Origin: the human T2T-CHM13v2.0 reference genome, Homo sapiens
NCBI RefSeq assembly: GCF_009914755.1
Contig: NC_060943.1
Direction: 5' to 3' (one strand)
Length of the DNA: 64,000 nt
Below are positions 12,505 through 27,214 of this stretch, piece by piece. Numbering within the stretch: the stretch's first letter is position 1; every line of letters starts with the position of its first letter. Made by a program: the position numbers and the translations under genes. The notes under the pieces are model-generated. The model did not search any database, was not told the origin of the DNA, and saw nothing but the letters and a program-made list of their open reading frames with translations.

Positions 12505-12824
12505 GTGCAGAAGCATTTTAATTTAATTATGTCCCATTTATTTATTTTGATTTTTGTTACATTTGCTTTTGGGGTCATGGTCATGAATCCTTTGCCTAGG
12601 CCAATGTTCAGAGAGTTTTTCCAATGTCATCTTTCTGAATTTTTGCGGTTTCAGGTCTTAGATTTAAGTCTTTGATCTGTTTTGAGTTGATTTTTGTATG
12701 AGGTAAGATATGGGGATCTAGTTTTATTCTTCTACATGTGGCCTGTCCATTTCCCCAGCACCATTTATTAAATAGGTTGTCTTTTCCTCAATTTATGGTT
12801 TTGTATGCTTTGTTGAAGATTAGT
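11550..12824 (-). mobile_element. L1PB-like 3' end, 5'-truncated
   Basis: gtagcttttggggttcaataggtttttggttacatg 3'UTR. ORF 12291-12584 ([15 protein letters not shown]...RVNRQPTE) is ORF2. Confidence 0.9.
12448..12505. repeat. (GAT)n(TAT)n trinucleotide STR inside L1
   Basis: Read directly. Explains the poly-Ile ORFs. Confidence 0.95.
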
Positions 12825-15406
12825 AAAAAAAAAAAAAAAAAAAAAATTGTGTACCAGACTTCCACTTCAGGAGCAACATGGCATAGCCTCACCCTCCCCT
12901 TCCAATGACCTCTAAATATAACTAAATACTGTGGAATTTATTCAATAGACAATGTTAGAAGGACTCTAAAGACTGGAAAGAAGAGGATGGACTACCTAGG
13001 AGACTTGGAGCTTGAATGCCAATGTGGTGAGTTCCTCAGATTTTCTTTGCATCTTCCATATACTACTACACTAGGCTTCAGAGGAGCTTGCAACCCAGAA
13101 CTGCCAACAAGTACACACACACAAACCTGCACGCACAAAAGGGAAGCCAAGGCACTGGGCATGAGGAAAGCCAACAAAGACCATGTGGGAAATTCCAACC
13201 CTGCTGCACAACCCAGGCCCAGAACAGTGGTCTGTTTGTTAAGCACAGTGGCAGCAAAGCCCAGTCATGCCAACCCTTGTCTTACAACCAGGGTCCTGAA
13301 GGGTAGTCTGATCTGTCCTCAGTGGCAACAGCAAAGCTCCAGGATAGCCTAGACTCTACTCCATAACCAGACTTCAGTGGACAGGCCAATCTGCAATCAG
13401 CAGCCAACAGCAGCAGCAGTGAAGCCCCATGTCTCCCTGGTCTCCAACCAGGAGCATGAGGAGACTCAGGCCCAGCATCTCCTGCCTTTCCTCCCCAGAA
13501 GGTCACCCAGTAACAGCAGCCATCCCAGAGAAGCAAGCATCTTATTTTTTCTACATTTGACACCATCAGAAATTGCTCAGGAGCCCCAGCAGCACCTGAA
13601 GCATGAAACAGACTAGAACAGCATCACAGGGCTCAAAAATCTAAACTGTCACTGGAACTAAAGTTCACAAAAGTGTGCCAGAAAGTGCACACTAAACCCA
13701 AACAGAGTGACTGCCCACTGAAATAGAAGATTGAAATATGATTATTAGTGCTCTGCCATAATAATCAAAATATACAAGATACAATCTAATTCACTCCTCA
13801 TACCAAGAACCAGAAAAATCATAATTAGAAAGAAACAAGGCAATCAACTAACACCCATACCAAGTTGCATCTGATGCTGAATTTATCTGACAAAGAGTTT
13901 AGAACAACCATGGTAAAAATGCTTCAACAAGCAATTACAAATTCATATGAAACAAATGAAAAAGTGGAAAAAAATACAAGTTGTAAAAGCCACCAAATTG
14001 AAATTATATAACTGAGAAAAAAATCCCAAATAAAAAATCCATTGGTAAGTTCAGTAGTAAACTGGAGATGACAGAGGACAGAAGCAATGAACATAAAGAC
14101 AGATCAATAGAAGTTACTCATTCAGAACAACAGAGGGACAAATTTAACAGAGCCTCAGGGATCTGTGGGAAAATAACCAAAGGTCTAATCTTTATATTAT
14201 CAGAATCCCAGAAGGAAAAGAGACAGTGGGACTGAAAAAGTATTTGAAAGAAATAATAGTTAAAAACTTCCAAAATTTGGTAAAAATAAATAAATAAATA
14301 AATAAACCTGCAGATTTTTGAAGCTGGGTAAGTTCCAGATATAAACCTGAAGAAATCCACTCCAAGACACATCACAATACTGAAAACTAAACACAACAAA
14401 AATAACATTAAAGAGAGAAATAATGTATTACCAAAGGAAAAAAACACCAATTTAAATGACAATGGATTTTTTTTTTTATCTGAAGCTATGGAGGCCAGAA
14501 GAAAGTAGCACAATATTTTTCAAGTTTTGGGAAAAAAAAAAAAAAGAAGAAAAGAACTGTCAACCTTAAATCCTATATCCAGCAAAAGTGCCCTTTAGGA
14601 ATAACGAAAAAATAATGATTTTTTCAGACAAATAAAAACTAAGATAATTTGGAGCACACCTACTGTTTGAGAAGGGGTAAGGAAAGCTGTCCAAACAAAA
14701 AGAAAAGAACAACAGAAAAAGAATATAATATTTGAAGAAGAAACAATGGAATGGGCAAAAACAGAAGTCAACATAATAAGACCATCCTTCAACTCATGAG
14801 TTTCTTTGTGGTTAAAGCAACAGCTACAACACCATCTAAGGTGGTGATTAAGGTATATAAAAGAAATACTTTAAAACAATTATATTTTAAAAGTGGAGAG
14901 GATAAGGGTGCCTAAATAGAAGTAAGGTCTATATACACTTCACTTTAGGTGCTAAAACCTAAATATCTTACCATTATGTCTATGGTAAGATTTACAGTAA
15001 CCACTAAGAAAACTGTACAAGGTGACATATTCAAAAATATTAGAAATAAATCAAAATGGAACTGTGAAAATTTTGAATTAATCCACAGAAAAGGAAGAAA
15101 AATAAAAACAGAACAAAAAAATACCACAGGAACAAATAGAAAACAACTAATAAAAAAGCAAACCTAAATCTTAACATGTCAATAATTACTTTATGTGTAC
15201 ATGGTCCAAACACAGCTAAAAGATAGTGATTTAGCAGAGTAAACAAAAAATATGACCCAATACATGCTATCTACAAGAAACTCACTTTAAATGTGACAAC
15301 TAGGTAGATTGAGTGTAAAAGAATGGAAGGAAAAAAATATGCATATATCTTGGAATAAATAATCAAAAAATCACAAGAGTAGGTATTCAGATGAAGGGAC
15401 TTTGAA

Positions 15407-15410
<4 letters not shown>

Positions 15411-15444
<34 letters not shown>
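15411..15444. repeat. (GT)17 microsatellite
   Basis: Read directly. Confidence 0.95.
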
Positions 15445-15447
<3 letters not shown>

Positions 15448-15996
15448 ACAAAAAGAAACATGATGTAATGAATCTGCAAGAAGATATAACATTCTTAATT
15501 GTGTATGCACCACATAACAGAACATCAAAATACATGAAGCAAAAACTGATAGACTTGAAATGAGAAATAGAAAAATCCACAATTATAGTTAGAATTTCAA
15601 CATCCCACTATTGGCAACTGATAGAAATACTAGATAGAAAATGAGGCAGGATATAAAAGAACTGAACACCATCAACCAACAGAATCTATTTGACATTTAT
15701 AAAACATTCCCCCATCCAGCAGCAGCAGCAGAATACATGTTCTTTTCAAGCATCCTTGAAAAATTTACCAAGGTAGACTATATCTTGAGTCATGAAACAA
15801 ACCTCAGCAAATTTAAAAGAATTTTAAATTTTAAATTCTTTTAAATCATACAGACTATTTTTTTTACCATGATGGAATCAAACTAGAAATTATAAGAGAA
15901 AGGCAACAGGAAAACCTCCAATAATTGGAAATTAAACAATGCATTTCTAAATAATCCATGGCTCAAGAGGAAGTCTTATTAAAAATACATAACACA

Positions 15997-16301
15997 GGCC
16001 AGGCATGGTGGCTCACACCTGTAATCCCAGCACTTTTGGAAGCCGAGGTGGTCAAATCACTTGAGCCCAGGAGTTCGAGACCAGCCTGGCCAACATGGTG
16101 AAACCCTGTCTCTACTAAAAATATAAAAATTGGTCGGGCATGGTGGTGTACACCTGTGCACCTGTAATCCTAGCTACTTGGGAGGCTGAAACATGAGAAT
16201 CACTTGAACCCAGGAGGCAAAGGATGCAAAGAGCTGAGATCTTTCCACTGCTCTCCAACCTGGGTGACAGAGGGAGACCCCGTCTCAGAAAAAAAAAAAA
16301 A
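15997..16301 (+). mobile_element. Alu (old AluS-like)
   Basis: Full dimer with A-tail. Confidence 0.95.
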
Positions 16302-16749
16302 GTAGAACAAAATTAAAATAAAAACAAACCATATCAAATTTATGAGATCAAGCTAAAGTAATAGTAAGAGGAATATTTGTATTAGTAAATATAGTTGACC
16401 CCTGAACAATATGGGGGTTAGGGGTACTGGTTCCCCAACCCGTGCCATGTAGTAAAAAAAGTGTGTATAATTTTTGACTCCCGAAAAACATAACTACTAA
16501 CAGCCTGTTATTGACCAGAAGCCTTACCAATAATATAAACAGTTGATACACACATTTTATATGTTATATATATTATATAATGTATTCTTACAAGAAAGTA
16601 TGCTAGAGAAAAGAAAACATTATCAAGAAAATCATAAAGAAGAGAAATATATTTACTATTTGTTAAGAGGAAGTGGATCATTGTAAAGGTCTTCATCCTC
16701 ATCATCTTCCCATTGGGTAAACTGAAAAGAAGGAGGGAAAGGAGGCATT

Positions 16750-18710
16750 GGTCTTGCTGTCTCAGGGGTGGCACAGGCAAAAGAGGTGGAGGAGGTAGAA
16801 AGGGAGCAAGAGAGGCAGACCACACTGAGTATAATCTTATGGAAATAGATCATGATTTCTGTCTGACTTCTTTGCTTCTTCATTTCTCTAAAAATGTTTC
16901 TATATGGTATCAATTCTTCTTCTACCATTTGCTTTCATTTCATTGCCCCTGTCACAAAAGAGTCCATGTTGTTAAAGAAGTCAACAGCAGTCTTAAATAC
17001 TTGGAATCCTTTCATCGGACTGCCTAATGTCAACCTGTTTTCTGGCACTGCTTCTTCTATGTCTTCCTCATAATCTGGCACTGGTTTGGAAACACCTACT
17101 GCAAGCCTTCTTCTGTTAACTCCTTTGATGTGGCATCTATTAGTTCTTGAATTTCTCCAAGATCTGTATCTTGGAACCCTTCATGCTTCCCCCACCATTT
17201 TGGCCATATCCACAGTCTCTTTCAAGATGTCCTTGATTGGCTCTGTCACATATCTGGTGAAGTCATGCATAACATCTGGACACAGTTTTCTCCAGTAGAA
17301 ATGTATTGCTTTGGGCTGGATGGTTTTCATGGCTTTCTATAACAATGATGGTATCTTCATGGAATGGTATAATCTTTCCAGACTTTCATGATGTTCTCTC
17401 TATCAAGGTTTCTCTCTTCCATAGTATGACAATCCTTTCTACAGTGTCATGTTTAATAAGCTTTAAAGGTCCTTATGTCCTCCTGATCTAGAGGCTGAAG
17501 TAGAGACATTGTGTTTGGGAGCAAGTAGGATGCCTTCAGTGTTGAACTCATTGGGGTTCTGGGTGGCTAGGGGCATGGTTCAATTTCAAAATAATTTTAA
17601 AAGACAGTTCCTAACTGCCAAGGTACTTCCTGACTTTAGAGACAAAGCATCTTTGGAACTAACCCCCTCTACTGCCCCCCACCCCCCAAAAAAAAAAGTT
17701 CTCATTGTCCAGGCTGTCTTGTTACAGGACAACCAAAAGACTGGTAGCTGGTGTTTACCCTTTCCTTTCAAGGCTCAGGGGTTAGTAGCTTTATAGATAA
17801 GAGCAGTCCTGATCATAAATCCAGTGCATTTTCATAAAACAGTAAAGTTAGCCTGTCCCTTCCTGCCTTAAATCCTGGTGCTGGGGCTGGCTTCTCTTCC
17901 TTATGAATAGATGCTTTTCAAGACTTTTTTAAAAATCAGAATAAGGAGCTTTTGTCTGCGTTAAAAACCTGTTCAGGCAGATATCCTTTCTTCTCAATGA
18001 TTTTGTTAATAGTTCCTGGAAACTCATCTGCTGCCTCTTGGTCAGCAGAAGGTGCTTCTCCTGTTATCTTTATATTTTTTAAGCTAAATCTCTTTCTAAA
18101 ATTATAACATCATCCTTTGCTGGCAATAAATTCTCCAGCTTTAGATTATTCGCATTCCTTTTGCTTTAAGTTGTCACATAATGATTTCCCATTTTCTCGA
18201 ATCATGTTAGAGTCTATAGGTATGCCTTTTTTATAGCAATCCTGCACCCACATAAAAGCTGCATTTTCAATACAATAATAAAAAGCATTTCACAAAAAAT
18301 TACCAGGTTTTTGTGCCTACTAGTATAGCTGAAAAGACAGCTTCACAAGTTTCCTTTTCTTTTTTTGCTATGGTCCTTTGCCTGGAATCATTTATCTTGA
18401 AATGGCAGATGACTGAGCACACTGGCACATGCCTGAAGTCCCAGACACTTGGGAGGCTGTGGCAGGAGGACTGCTTGAGCCCAAGAGCTCAAGTCCAGCC
18501 TGGGCAACAAAGCAAGATCCCATTTCTTAAAAAAAAAAGAAAGAAAGAAAAAAAGGAAGGAAGGAAGAAAATGGTGGGCAACAGCAGCTTTAGACCTCAA
18601 TCTATGGCACCTATCAAGCAATTAAACTTTTTCTTGTAATGTCGTGACTTTTTTCTACTTCTTGGGAGCACTTCCAGCATCACTAGTGGCACTTAGAATG
18701 GGCCCCAGAG
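16750..18710 (-). pseudogene. Disrupted Tigger2 transposase
   Basis: Minus-strand remnants SATSDAGSAPKK (~18690), PEQVFNADKSSLF* (~17977-17936), QPLDQ (~17490), MVEEELIPYRNIFREMKKQ (16928). In-frame stops and a FLAM insertion. Confidence 0.85.
18411..18568 (+). mobile_element. FLAM (free left Alu monomer) in Tigger2
   Basis: Monomer with A/GAAA/GGAA tail. Approximate TSD aaatgg. Confidence 0.85.
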
Positions 18711-20348
18711 TGTTATTCAAGGTTTAAGGTATTGCACTAAACACTATGGGAAATAGATGAGAACCACAAGAAATCACTTTTTACTGAGACACAAACTGCT
18801 CATGGGGAGATGATTAGCCTCTCACAGCACTATAAGTAGATACCCTTAACACTAGCTCACCACAATAGCAACAAGAGGAGGCTGCTAAATTATTACAATA
18901 GTCTAACACACGCTACAATTACATTTTATGCAGGTATAATTTAATATTGCATCCTTACATTTGTTTACATTTCTCTCAACTATGAAAGGTGTCTGTGTTT
19001 ATGTATGTAAGTTCTGATAAATTTTAACTTTTTCTAACAGATGTGTGTATATTTTATGGTAGTAAGTGATAAAGTAGACTAGTATTTACATATATTTTAT
19101 GCATGCATAATATACTGAACTTTAAAAAAATGATATTTCTATCTCATACAGTTTGTGAATTTTTTCAAATTGTTGCAAATTCCCAAAAAATTTTCCAGTA
19201 TACTTATTGAAAAAAAAATCCACATATAAATCACAGTTCAAAACCATTGTTCAAGGGTAAACTGTGCTTACATTAGAAAAGAGAAAAGTTTTCCAATCAA
19301 TAATCTAAATTCTTACTTTTTGAAACTAGTAGAAGAACAAGATAAACCTAAGGCAAGCATACAAAAGGAAACAATTAAATGAAAAGCAGAAATCAATGAA
19401 AGGAAAATAAGAAAATAAAGGAAATAATTAGAACGAATAGCTGGTTCTTTTTTTAAAAAATTAATAAATTGATAAATGTCTAGGCAAGCTAACCAAGAAA
19501 AAAAAAGAGATGACACAAATTACCAACATCAGAAATGAAATAAGACTCATCACTACTGTTCCTACGAAGATTAAAAGAATAATTTAAAAATTCTGTGAAC
19601 TATTCCATACTCACAAATTTTTTAACTTAGATGAGATGGATTGATTCTTGAAAGACACAAATTACTAAAACTTACACAAGAAGAAACAAATAATCTAAGT
19701 AGGCCTACATTTATTAAAAAATTGAATTAATCATTAACAAACTTCCAAAAAGAGAAAGCATCAGGCCTGGATGGATTCACTGATAAATTCTACCAAATAT
19801 TTATGGTAAAGACTATGCCAGTTCTCTACAATCTCTTCCAGAAAATAGAAGCAAGATGCTTAGTAACAGGCCAGCATAACCTTTGACAAAATCCAACACA
19901 TAATCACAAGAAAACTCTCAGCTAGCTGGGAACTGCCTTAATATGATAGAGAACATCTACCAAAAATAAATAGCACCATACATAACAGGGAAAAAACAGA
20001 CACTTTCCCTATAAAGTTGTCAACAAAGCAAAGATATCCTGTCTTGCCACTCTTATTCAGCAGGATACTTGAAGTCTTATCCAGTGCAATAAGAAAAGAA
20101 ACAGAAATAAACTTTATAAGACTGGAAAGGAACAAGTAAAATTGTCTTTGTTCAAAGATGACATTATTATCAATGTAGAACATCCCAAAGAATTGATCAA
20201 AAACTATAACAAAACAAAGCAAAACAAATCTCCTGGATTTAATAAGTGAGTATAAAAGGTTACAGGATACAAGATTAATATACAAAAGTCAATTGCTTTC
20301 CTATATACCACAATGAACAATTGAAATGTGAAATTCAAAAATACTATC

Positions 20349-20645
20349 AGTCAGGTATGGCAGCTTAAGCCTGTAATCCCATCACTTTGGGAGGCCAAGG
20401 CAAAAGAATTGCTGGAGTCCAGGAATCCAAGATCAGCCTAGGAAACATAGTGAATACACTATCTTTACAAAAAATAAAAATAGGCATAGTGTCACATGCT
20501 AGCAGTCTCAGTTGCCCAGGAGGCTGAGGTGGGGGAATCACTTGAGCCCGGGAGGTAAAGGCTACAGTGACCCATGATTGCATCACTGTACTCCCGTCTG
20601 GGGAACAGAGTGAGACTCTGTCTCAAATAAATAAATAAATAAATA
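20349..20645 (+). mobile_element. AluJ
   Basis: Diverged dimer with (TAAA)n tail. Confidence 0.9.
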
Positions 20646-22849
20646 CGGTTTATAATGGCACCCAAACAATGAAATACTTAGGAATGAAATTAATAAGATA
20701 CATATAGTATCTGTGCAGAAAACAATAAAACTGTGATTTTAAAAAATCAAAGATCTAAATAAATGGAAGGATATTCCATGTTCATTGACTGGAAGACTCA
20801 ATATTGTTAAAATGTCAGTTCTTCCCAACTTGATCTATAGATTCAATGCAATCCCAATCAAAATTGCAGGAAGCTGTTTCACAGATAGTCACAAACTGAT
20901 TCTAAAGTTCATGTGGAAAGGCAAAATACATACAATGGCTCATGCAATACTGAATAAAAACAAAGTTGGAAGACTCACACAACCAAATTTTAATACTTAT
21001 AATAAAGGTATGGAAATCAAGACAGTATGGTATTAATGAAAAAGCAGACACATAGATCAAGTGTAATAGACTAAAAAGCCCAGAAATAGAGCCACAAAAT
21101 ATAGTCAACAGATCTTTGGCAAAAGAGCAAAAGCAATTCAAGGGAAAAGAAGTATTTTCAACAAATGGTTCTGAATCAATTGGATGTGCATATTTAAAAA
21201 GAGAATATAAACACATACCTTACACTTTTCATCAAAATTAATTCAAAGTTGATCATAAACCTAAATGCAAAATATAAAAGTATAATAAACATCCAGAAGA
21301 AAACATGAGAAAAATCTAAGTGACTTTGGGTTTGGCAATGAGTGTTTAGATACACCAAAAGTATAATCCAAACTTAATGTTATATAAAAATTAATAAGTT
21401 AAATTTTATTAAAACAAAAATTTGTAAGATACATATAGTTTCTGTGTATAGTCTGGGATAAAATATTTGCAAAACACATCTAATGACTTTGGGTTTGGCA
21501 ATGGGAGTTGACAAATGTATTTCCTATTTTCTCAACTATAGGAAAATAACTCAACTTTTTTTAAAACTAGTTTAAAAATACAAGGAGAAGATCTGAACAA
21601 AAAACTCACAAAAGAAGAAATACAGATAGCAAATAGGTAAATGAGAAGGTACACAACATAATTTATCATTGAGGAATTGTAAATTAAAACAACAATAAGA
21701 TATCACTATGTACCTATTAGAATGACTAAAATCTAAAAGCGTGATAACATCAAATACTGATGAAGATACAGAGCAACAGAAACTCTCATTCATTGCAACA
21801 GGGAATGCAAAATGGGACAGCCATTTGAGAAGACAGCTTGGCCACTTCTTACAAAGCAAAACATAACCTTAGCCATACAAACCAGCAATTGCACTCCTAT
21901 GTATCTACCCAACTGACTGGAAAATGTATCTATGCAAAAAACTGCATGTGAATGTTTATAATAGCTTTACTCATAATTACCAAAAACTGGGAAGCAACTA
22001 AGATAGTCTTCAATATGTAAATGGATAAACAGATTGTGGTGCATTCATACAATGGAATATCAATATAAGTAATGCTTAAATAAGTAAGTATATGGGAATA
22101 AGAGACAAATCTGTAAGAAGAATTCCAAATAATGTACGTAGATACTCTGCCCTCAAAGACAGGGAGAGCACAATTCCTCATTCCTTAGAGATGGATTGTG
22201 CTTAGTGACTTCTTTCCAGCAAAGTATACTATGATAAAATGGTGGTGGGTGGGGAGAATCAATAACTTTATAGTGGGGAAACCTGACACCCAACTTCAAC
22301 AACGTTATGAAAGTCAGCATCAATAACAATAGAACATGTTGATAGTATGTACTGTTGACATGATGTGATGAAAATGGCCCTCTACCTCTGTGGTCTTCTT
22401 CCCCAAAACCCATTTTAATTGTGATAAAAGCTACCCAGGCAAATCATGATAAAAACACAGAACAATTTCCAATAGAGGAGCATTTGACAAAATTCTTGAC
22501 AAGGACTTCTGCAAGCTGTCAAGGTCATCAAAACAAGAAAAGCCTGAGAAACTTTTATATCCAAAGAAATCCTAAGGAGACAGGATGACTACATGTAACA
22601 TGGTATTTTGGATGAAACAGAAGAAATTTTATAAAACCTAAGAATATATGAATATAGCATGGGCTTTAATTAATAATACTGTATCAATATTCATTTAGTA
22701 ATTATAACAAATGTACCATACTAATGCAAGATGTTAATGACAGAGGAAACTGGGTATTAGGTATGTGGAAACTGTCTGTAGTATCTTCTCAATTTTTCTC
22801 TAAATCCAAATTTGTTGTAAAAAATAAATTTCTTTTTAAAAAATAATAG

Positions 22850-23165
22850 TCATTTCACATTACTCCACTATGTCCAACTCTCCAGCAGCTTTCCTTTGGA
22901 TTTAGAATCAAATTCCAACTAGCTTGCAGCCCTTATCTGAGTGCCTTTGTGAAGCCTTGTTTACTACTTTTCAGTCAAACTGGTGTTCTTTCTGTTCTAC
23001 CAACACTCCACTCTCATTAGCCTTTCAGGGACTTTGCGTACCCACATTTCCCCATATCTCCTTGTTTCTTTTGTCCACTATTATAATCCTCAGATTTCAA
23101 ATAGTACCTGAAACATAGTACATGACAACTGGTTGGATGGATTGATGAGGAGATGGATTAATGAA
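22850..23165 (+). mobile_element. L2 fragment
   Basis: ttagaatcaaattccaact...gtacctgaaacatagta...ggttggatggattga. Confidence 0.55.
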
Positions 23166-23771
23166 CATGACTGTTCCAATAACAAACCAATGATAATTGA
23201 GTCTTATGACCTTGAAGAAGCTTATCTCACTGCAATTGTCTACTGATACATTTTGAAGACTCACAAAATACTCAACTGAATCGAAATATTCGTATAATTT
23301 TAAAAAATTGTTTTAGAAGCAAAAATGTCCACATGCCCTACAAATGCTACTAACCTGTGTGTACATCCCTCTTATCCTTAGACCTTATACTACCTTCTAG
23401 TGACTTCTTAAGTTAATGGTCTAATCACTTCAAACTAACACTGAACAATTAAGGTAAACTTACATTAACTGAATGATGTCCACTGGACCTCAATAGAATT
23501 TCCAATGTCATTTTAGACACTTTTCAGACAATGTCACTTGGAATTAAAAGGAAGAAGTTTTACAACTATGTAGAAAATAAAATTTATAATGATCCACAGG
23601 GCATAGCTTGACCTCTAGCAGCTTGCAGTCAGGAACAGAGACATGGACAAGAATGAACATCCAGATAATTGAACAAAATCCAAACCACTTCACAGGTAAC
23701 AGTCAAGGTTAAACATATCTTATGTATACAAGCCAACATAGACCCAGTACTTACTACCTGCAGTAATTTAA

Positions 23772-24084
<313 letters not shown>

Positions 24085-24533
24085 AAACATCAATTTTCAA
24101 AATTATCTTCCAAAGTGCCTCGGGGTTTTGTGTTATAGCTTACATAAAGGTGGATCTGAGGAACATAAGTAAGCAAGTCAACTTAATTGGATTTTAGGAG
24201 GTCTCAACCACTGGATTTTGGAGGTCTAACCAGCAAGAAAGATTTTATTTTGAATAATTACAGGAGAGATAATTTTCTGTGCAAAGAAAAAGTATGGAAA
24301 AAATAACGAAAATGGGAACCACTATTACTCTGCCCACATTAAATGAAAACTCAGTTGGTTTCTTGACATACAAGCAAGCAAACTCTAAAGAAAACTTTGC
24401 ACATTAGCAGGATAGTCTAGATTCTTGAAGGCTTAACTTCTTTGCACTTCAAACCCCAGTCTTGCATGCCAAACATTTGATATTACATCAACATCACCTT
24501 GAAAGAATTCTAACTCTGGAGACAATCAGTTAA

Positions 24534-24871
<338 letters not shown>

Positions 24872-25953
24872 AGGGGAATATTTTTTATGTATAATTATTT
24901 TACATGCCGATCTCAGGACCTTGATTGTCTCTTCTACATGGGAACTACCATGGATATCTAATTTTTTGGTATAAAGGAATACAGGAATATACATTCTTCT
25001 CAAGCTCATATGGAACATTCACCAAAATAGACTACATTCTTGGCCATAAAATACACCTGAACAAATCTAAAAGAATAAAAATAATATATTGTCTGCTCTG
25101 AGATCACAATGGAATTAATCTAGAAATTAATTACAGACAGATAGCTGGAAAATCCCAAAATATTTGGAGATTAAAGGACACACTTCTAAATAACACATTG
25201 GCCAAAAAAGAAATCTCAAGAAAAATTTAAAATATTTTGAATTAACTAAATAAAATAATGAACTAAATAAAAGTAAAACCACTACATATTGAAATATGTG
25301 GAATGTGGAAAAAGTGATGCTTAGAGGGAAATTTATAGCATTGCATGAATATATTTAAAAAAAAGAAGAAAGATCTAAAATTAATTATCTAGGTTCCCAC
25401 CATAGGAAACAAGAAAAAAAAAGAGAAAATTAAATTCAAGGTAAGCAGAAGAAAATAAATAATTTTTAAAAAACAGAAAGCAATGAAATTGATAAAAGGA
25501 AATAGAAAAAATTAATAAAACCAAAAGGTGGTTCTTTTAAAAAAAATCAATAAAATCAATAGACTGCCATCCAGTGTAACTATGAAAAAAAGATAGAAAA
25601 AACAAATTATGAACATCAGAAATGAAAGAGGGGACATCACTACAGATCCAATGGACATCAAAATTATAATAAAGGAATGGTATGAACAACTTTATACCCA
25701 TAAATTTGATAACCTAGATTAAGTGGACCAAGTCCTTGACAGACACAGTTCGCTGTGTCTGTCACGCAAACTCACATGAAAGGTAGGCAATCTGAATAGG
25801 CCTATGCCTATTGCCAAAATCGAATCAATAAATAACTTTGCAAAGCAGAAAGCATTTGGTCTACTGGTAAATTCTACCAAATACTTAAGGAAGTAATTAC
25901 ACGGATTCATTTTTTTTTACAATCTCTTTCAGAAGACACTGACAGAGGGAATA

Positions 25954-26086
25954 CAGAAGGTCTCTGACTTATGTAGTTTTACTTAAGATTTGTTGACTTT
26001 ATGATGGGTTTATCAGGGCATTAAATTCATTTTTGACATACCATGGGTATCAGAACACAACCCCATTGTACATCAAAGAGCATCTG
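25954..26086. mobile_element. Tigger4/MER46-derived 133-bp MITE
   Basis: Ends cagaaggtctctgactta / ccccattgtacatcaaagagcatctg. TA TSD (25952-3, 26087-8). L1 reads through when it is removed. Confidence 0.8.
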
Positions 26087-27077
26087 TACTTCTTAACTCA
26101 TTCTATGAGGCCAACATTGTTCTAATACAAAAACCTCAGAGACGTTACAAGAAAACTGCAAACCAATACCTCTCATGAGCATAGATGTAAAACTCCTCAA
26201 CAAAATACTAGCAAATTGAATTTAACAATACGTAAAAAGAATTATACACCATGACCAGGTGGAATGTATCCCAATTATATGAAGCTTGTTCAATATTTGA
26301 GAAGCAATTAATGTAATCCAGCTTATCAACAACCTAAAAGAATAAAAATATTGCATAATTATATCAATAGATACAGAAAAGGCATTTGAAAAAATCCAAT
26401 ACCCATTCATGATAAAAAGCACTCAACAAACTAGGATAGAGGGGAACTTCCTCAATATGACAAAGCATATTTACAAAACACTTACAGCTAATATTATAGT
26501 TAATGGGAGAAAAAACCCTCTTAGTAAAATGAGAAACATGGCAAGGATGTCCTCTGTTACCACTGCTTTTTAAGGTGGTGGTAGTGGAAATGCTAACTAA
26601 TGCAATAAGAAAATAAAATTTCTAAAACGATATGCAGATTGGGAAGAAATGAAACTCTGTTTACAAGTGGTGATTGTCTGGGTATAAAGTCCAAAATAAC
26701 TGACAAAAAAATAAGTAATTTTAGCAAAGTTGCAAGATACAATATTGACATACAAAAGTCAATCACTTTTCTACATACCAGCAATGAACAAGTGGAATTG
26801 AAACTAAAAACATAATGCCTTTTACATTATCACCCACTAGATGAAACACTCAGGTATAAATGTAACAAAATACATAAGAAATATGTATAAGGAAAACCAC
26901 AAAACTCTGTTGGAAAAGTCAAAGAATAATTAAATAGAGATATTTCATGTTTATGGATAGGAAGACTCAATATTGTCAAGATGTCAGTTCTCAACTTGAC
27001 CCATGGATTTAATGCAATCCCATCGAAATCCCAGCAAATTATTTTGCAGGTATCAATAAATAATTCTGAGGTATATG

Positions 27078-27214
27078 AGCTGAGCATGGTGGCAAATACC
27101 TGTAGTCCCAGATACTCTGGAGGCTGAAGTGAAAGTATTGCTTAAGCCCAGGAATTCAACTCCAGCCTGGGCAGCATAGTGAGACCTCATCTTTAAAAAA
27201 ATAAAATAAAATAA
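27078..27214 (+). mobile_element. FLAM
   Basis: Alu left monomer with A-rich tail. Confidence 0.85.

Larger units (their letters stand above)
16392..19264 (-). mobile_element. Near-full-length Tigger2 DNA transposon (TcMar/pogo)
   Basis: TIRs (t)agttgacccctgaacaa / ttgttcaagggtaaactg. TA left flank. Host L1 resumes after it. About 2.7 kb once the FLAM is removed. Confidence 0.9.
12857..22840 (+). mobile_element. Near-full-length ancient L1 (L1MC/L1MD-type): 5'UTR, ORF1 (~13850-14800), ORF2 (~15170-22070), 3'UTR, with nested insertions
   Basis: L1M 5' end gacttccacttcagg. ORF2 remnants (LNIVKMSVLPNLIYRFNAIPIKI, 20785-21036). L1MC/MD 3'UTR (ctctgtggtcttcttccccaaaaccc). Many stops and frameshifts. 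Confidence 0.85.

Noticed and set aside
12291-12675. Poly-Ile/Met ORFs
   Set aside because: Trinucleotide STR inside an L1
16750-18710. Domesticated TIGD-like transposase gene
   Set aside because: Stop codon beside the first catalytic Asp motif, frameshifts and a FLAM insertion
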